Assembly: GCF_009914755.1 (NCBI RefSeq)
Contig: NC_060925.1
Strand: one strand, 5' to 3'
Length of the DNA stretch: 64,000 bases
DNA from: the human T2T-CHM13v2.0 reference genome, Homo sapiens
The notes under the pieces were generated by a model that was not told the DNA's origin, ran no database searches, and worked only from the letters and a program-made list of their open reading frames with translations. Shown here one piece after another: positions 59,502 to 64,000 of this stretch (the first letter of the stretch is position 1; each line of letters begins with the position of its first letter). The position numbers and the translations under genes were made by a program.

Positions 59502-59623
59502 GTAGGTTTGTGCTTATCTTCTTTCATCTCCTTAACCTTCTTTGCAGTTGGGAGATAAGAACCTGTAATTGTTTCTACCCTTTCCCCTATCAAAGTTACT
59601 GCTTTACCTACATAGATGATTAA

Positions 59624-59926
<303 letters not shown>

Positions 59927-60262
59927 TAAGATTCTAACATGACTGAAAACCTTAATAAAATTAAATTGGTTTTAGGCCCACTCTTCTGGACATTATCTCT
60001 AGCTTGTCCCTGAAAGTCAAGAGTCTTTGATAAGTTTTTCTGTAATCTTGCACATAAGGTAAAGATTTATAAACAGCTACAATACCATTGTTCAACCTTG
60101 ATTGTTCATTGAAGTTAAAACCTTGTACTGGGCACTCATTAACTATTTGTAAAACAGAGTTACTTTAACTCTGCTTGTAAAATCTAAATGAGCTATAAGG
60201 CTGATAAACAACATAATTTTTTTCTACCTAAAAATTTATCATGTATTTGGTTTAAATGGCCT

Positions 60263-60574
60263 GTTTTTTGTTTTTTGTTTGTTTGTTTGTTTTTTGAGAC
60301 GGAGTCTCTGTCACCCAGGCTGGAGTGCAGAGGCTCGATCTCAGCTCACTGCAGCCTCCATCCCCCGGGTTCAAGCAATCCTCTCCCTCAGCGTCCCAAG
60401 TACCTGGGAGGGATTACAGGAGCCTGCCACCACGCCCAGCTAATTTTTGTGTTTTTAGTAGATCTGGGGTTTCACCATCTTGGCGAGGCTGATCTTGAAC
60501 TCCTGACCTCGTGATCCACCTGCCTCGGCCTCCTAAAGTGCTGGGATTACAGGCATGAGCCACCACACCCGGCC
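60263..60574 (-). mobile_element. Alu (S-like)
   Basis: Reverse Alu, (TTTG)n tail, TSD AAATGGCC. Confidence 0.9.
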
Positions 60575-60922
60575 AAATGGCCCAATTTTCTATTATGTTT
60601 TCAACTATTACTTAAAATTGATTTTCCTATGTTTATATTGTTATAATGGACAAGGAAGATTTAAGAGTTATATAACACAGCACAGTACTGTAGCAGCTAG
60701 GGAAAAACTTATCAGTGGTGTCTGAATAAGCTCTTCATTTCTGTTTTTGTTTGTTTGTTTTCTCCTTCCATTTGTTTCTCACTAAATAATTTTTTTTAAA
60801 TGGACCAACAAACATTTCTCTCAAAGGAGTCTCTGAAGTAATCTGACTTTAATCTCTGAATAATAGTGACAGACATTACAATCTCCTTTATCACTAAAAA
60901 AAAAAAAAGTACTCTGTTTTAA

Positions 60923-61315
<393 letters not shown>

Positions 61316-61974
61316 TAAGAAAGTCGGTTTTAATTTACTGTGGTTGCAGTTGAAACTGGAACCTTGAAGGGGAAATATGGCATGATTTTTCTTATTTCTG
61401 CATAACTTTATTAACATATTTAAGTAGTTAGGTATGCTTGTGTTCTAGTTTTCTACACTCTTGTGTCATAGTTCACTCTGAGTTTGTAAACATAATTTTA
61501 AGATAATGAAAATTTACCTAACTAAAGAGTAGTGGAAAACATATCTTTTGGTCCTTTTGCTTAATTTTTACAACTCTGCATGTGAATCAGCCTGTGACAA
61601 TGAGCTGTAGAAGAAAAGGCACTGAGTTAGAGATTGGGGCAGGTGGCTTTTTTCATGATTTTCAGTAGTTCATAGGTACTCTAGTGTAAATTAGTCTGAT
61701 CGGATACTGCTCCCAAGCCCTGTGGTTTGTTTTGTTAAAACAGAATAGATAATAGCTCCACTCACTCCATCAGCCATAAGCCCTCTTGCAGGGCAAACCT
61801 TTGCAACTAAACATGGAAGCCCTCTGTTTTATTCTGGCCTCCTGGGCAAAGTGATTTTAACCTCCTTGGGCCTTCATTTTCTAATTTTATGAGATAAATA
61901 CCTAGTCTATTTAGGTCACAAAAATATTGTAGACATAAAAGTGAGGTGAAATATGAATACTTTTTTTTTTTAAT

Positions 61975-62280
61975 CTGAGCTCATTATGGTGGCTCATCCC
62001 TATAATCCCAGCAACTTGGGAGGCTGAGAAGGATTGCTTGAGGCCAGGAGTTCACGACCAGCCTGGGTAACATAGTGAGACCCTATATCTAAGAAAACAG
62101 AAAATTAGCTTGGTACAGTGGTATGCACCTATAGTCCGAGCTACTTGGGAGGCTGAGGTGGGAGGATCGCTTGAGCCCAGGAGTTTGCAGCTGTAGTGAG
62201 CTGTGATTGTGCCATCATACTCTAGCCTGGGCAATAGAGTGAGACCCAGTCTCAAAATAAATTAATTAAATCAATCGATC
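61975..62280 (+). mobile_element. Alu (J-like)
   Basis: Dimeric Alu with degenerate tetranucleotide tail. Confidence 0.85.
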
Positions 62281-63532
62281 TATCTATAATCAATCAGAGG
62301 ACCATATAAATACTTAGTGTTTTGTGGGGGTTTTTGTAGGTAGTATGGTAGAAAACATCTTTGGTCCAGTTCCTTCCACCCTACATAGGTAGGATACAAA
62401 TAATCCTAACTGGACATAGTCACACTAATGGAATTTGCCTTCCCTAAGTATCTACCAACTAAAAGCAAAGAAAATGGACTCAGATAAGTGCTTTGTGTGG
62501 CAAAAGGGCAGGTATTAGAACTTCTAGTGGATAATTAAAATTGATTATAAATTTATTTCCTCTCCTACAAACTTACCTATATTTACACCTTCTTTCTCAT
62601 TCTTCATTCTCAAGTTTTAATTAAATGAGAATCTCTTGCAAGTGGGCCAGGCATTTATTTTTTCAAAGTTCCTCAAGGGATTTCAATGTGTAGCTAAAAT
62701 TGAGAAACATTCTTGATCCTTCCCAAGACCTTCCACCATCACATGTATCCCCACTACCCTGTATCTTCAAGTTCTCCCTCTCTATTGGCTGTTTCTCCTT
62801 AGGAAAGACTCAAGAATGTATGTGGCCTATTTTCCCAAATATCTTAACCCTGTGTTCTCTTTTAGTTGTTACTGTTTCATATTTTCCATCTCCTTTAATT
62901 TGGTTTAATCTATTTTCCACATCTAGCCCTCTTCCTGAAATCACTCTTGCTAAGGTTATTAATTATCTAATTATCAGAAAGCACGAAACTTTTCAGGTCT
63001 TTTCTTCTGCTTGTATAATATGTTACACTTTTGGTCTTTTATAGAATTTCAATAAAAGTCTTTGCTTAGAATCTGTGATATCCCACTCCCTCTGGTACTC
63101 CTTCTGTCCTTCTCTTTATTCTTTCATAGTTGCTTTTACCTAGGTTGAAGTGTTAGCAAGGCCCAGGATTTGGTGTTTAGCCTTTTTTTGCTTTCAACCT
63201 ATACCTTCTTGGACAGTTTCATCTGTACCAGTTTTGTTTTGTTTTTCATCCTACTTGTGTTGACCCAGATCTATATTCCTAGCCTTAACCTTTCTGCAAG
63301 TACTTCAGATTCAACATATCAAAAAGTGAACCCACAATTCCTCCCTGAACTCATGATTTCTCCCTGGCAATGCCATCTTTTTCCTCTCCTCTGATATCAT
63401 TTCCTTGAACAACGTATTTAACTTTTCTTATAGTGTGAGTCTGATGGTAATAATTTACCTTAGTTTTTCTTTACCTGAAAATGTCCTTATTTCATCATCA
63501 TTCTCGAAGGACATTTTTGTTGGATATGAAAT

Positions 63533-64000
<468 letters not shown>

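Overview
Hominid (almost certainly human, chr1q32.3 from recall) genomic DNA. It holds the head-to-head pair INTS7 (minus strand, coding exons 1-8, gene continues left of the window) and DTL/CDT2 (plus strand, coding exons 1-5, continues right). Their ATGs are 453 bp apart across a CpG-island bidirectional promoter with E2F, CCAAT, CRE, NRF1, YY1 and CTCF-like motifs. All exons were assembled by hand with GT-AG boundaries and consistent phase. Introns are filled with ~30 Alus, L1/L2/MIR fragments, MaLR/ERV LTRs, Tigger-family DNA transposons, one SVA, a SNORA26 retrocopy and an RPL21 retrocopy whose visible ORF is intact. No prokaryote-type system is present. Most notable observations: a TISU-type uORF in the probable INTS7 leader, phase-symmetric DTL exons between inverted Alus (stop-free circRNA potential), retroposon tails that create cryptic poison-exon acceptors, two templated micro-rearrangements, and a CpG-undepleted intronic patch. 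Repeat subfamily names come from recalled consensus sequences and their boundaries are approximate.
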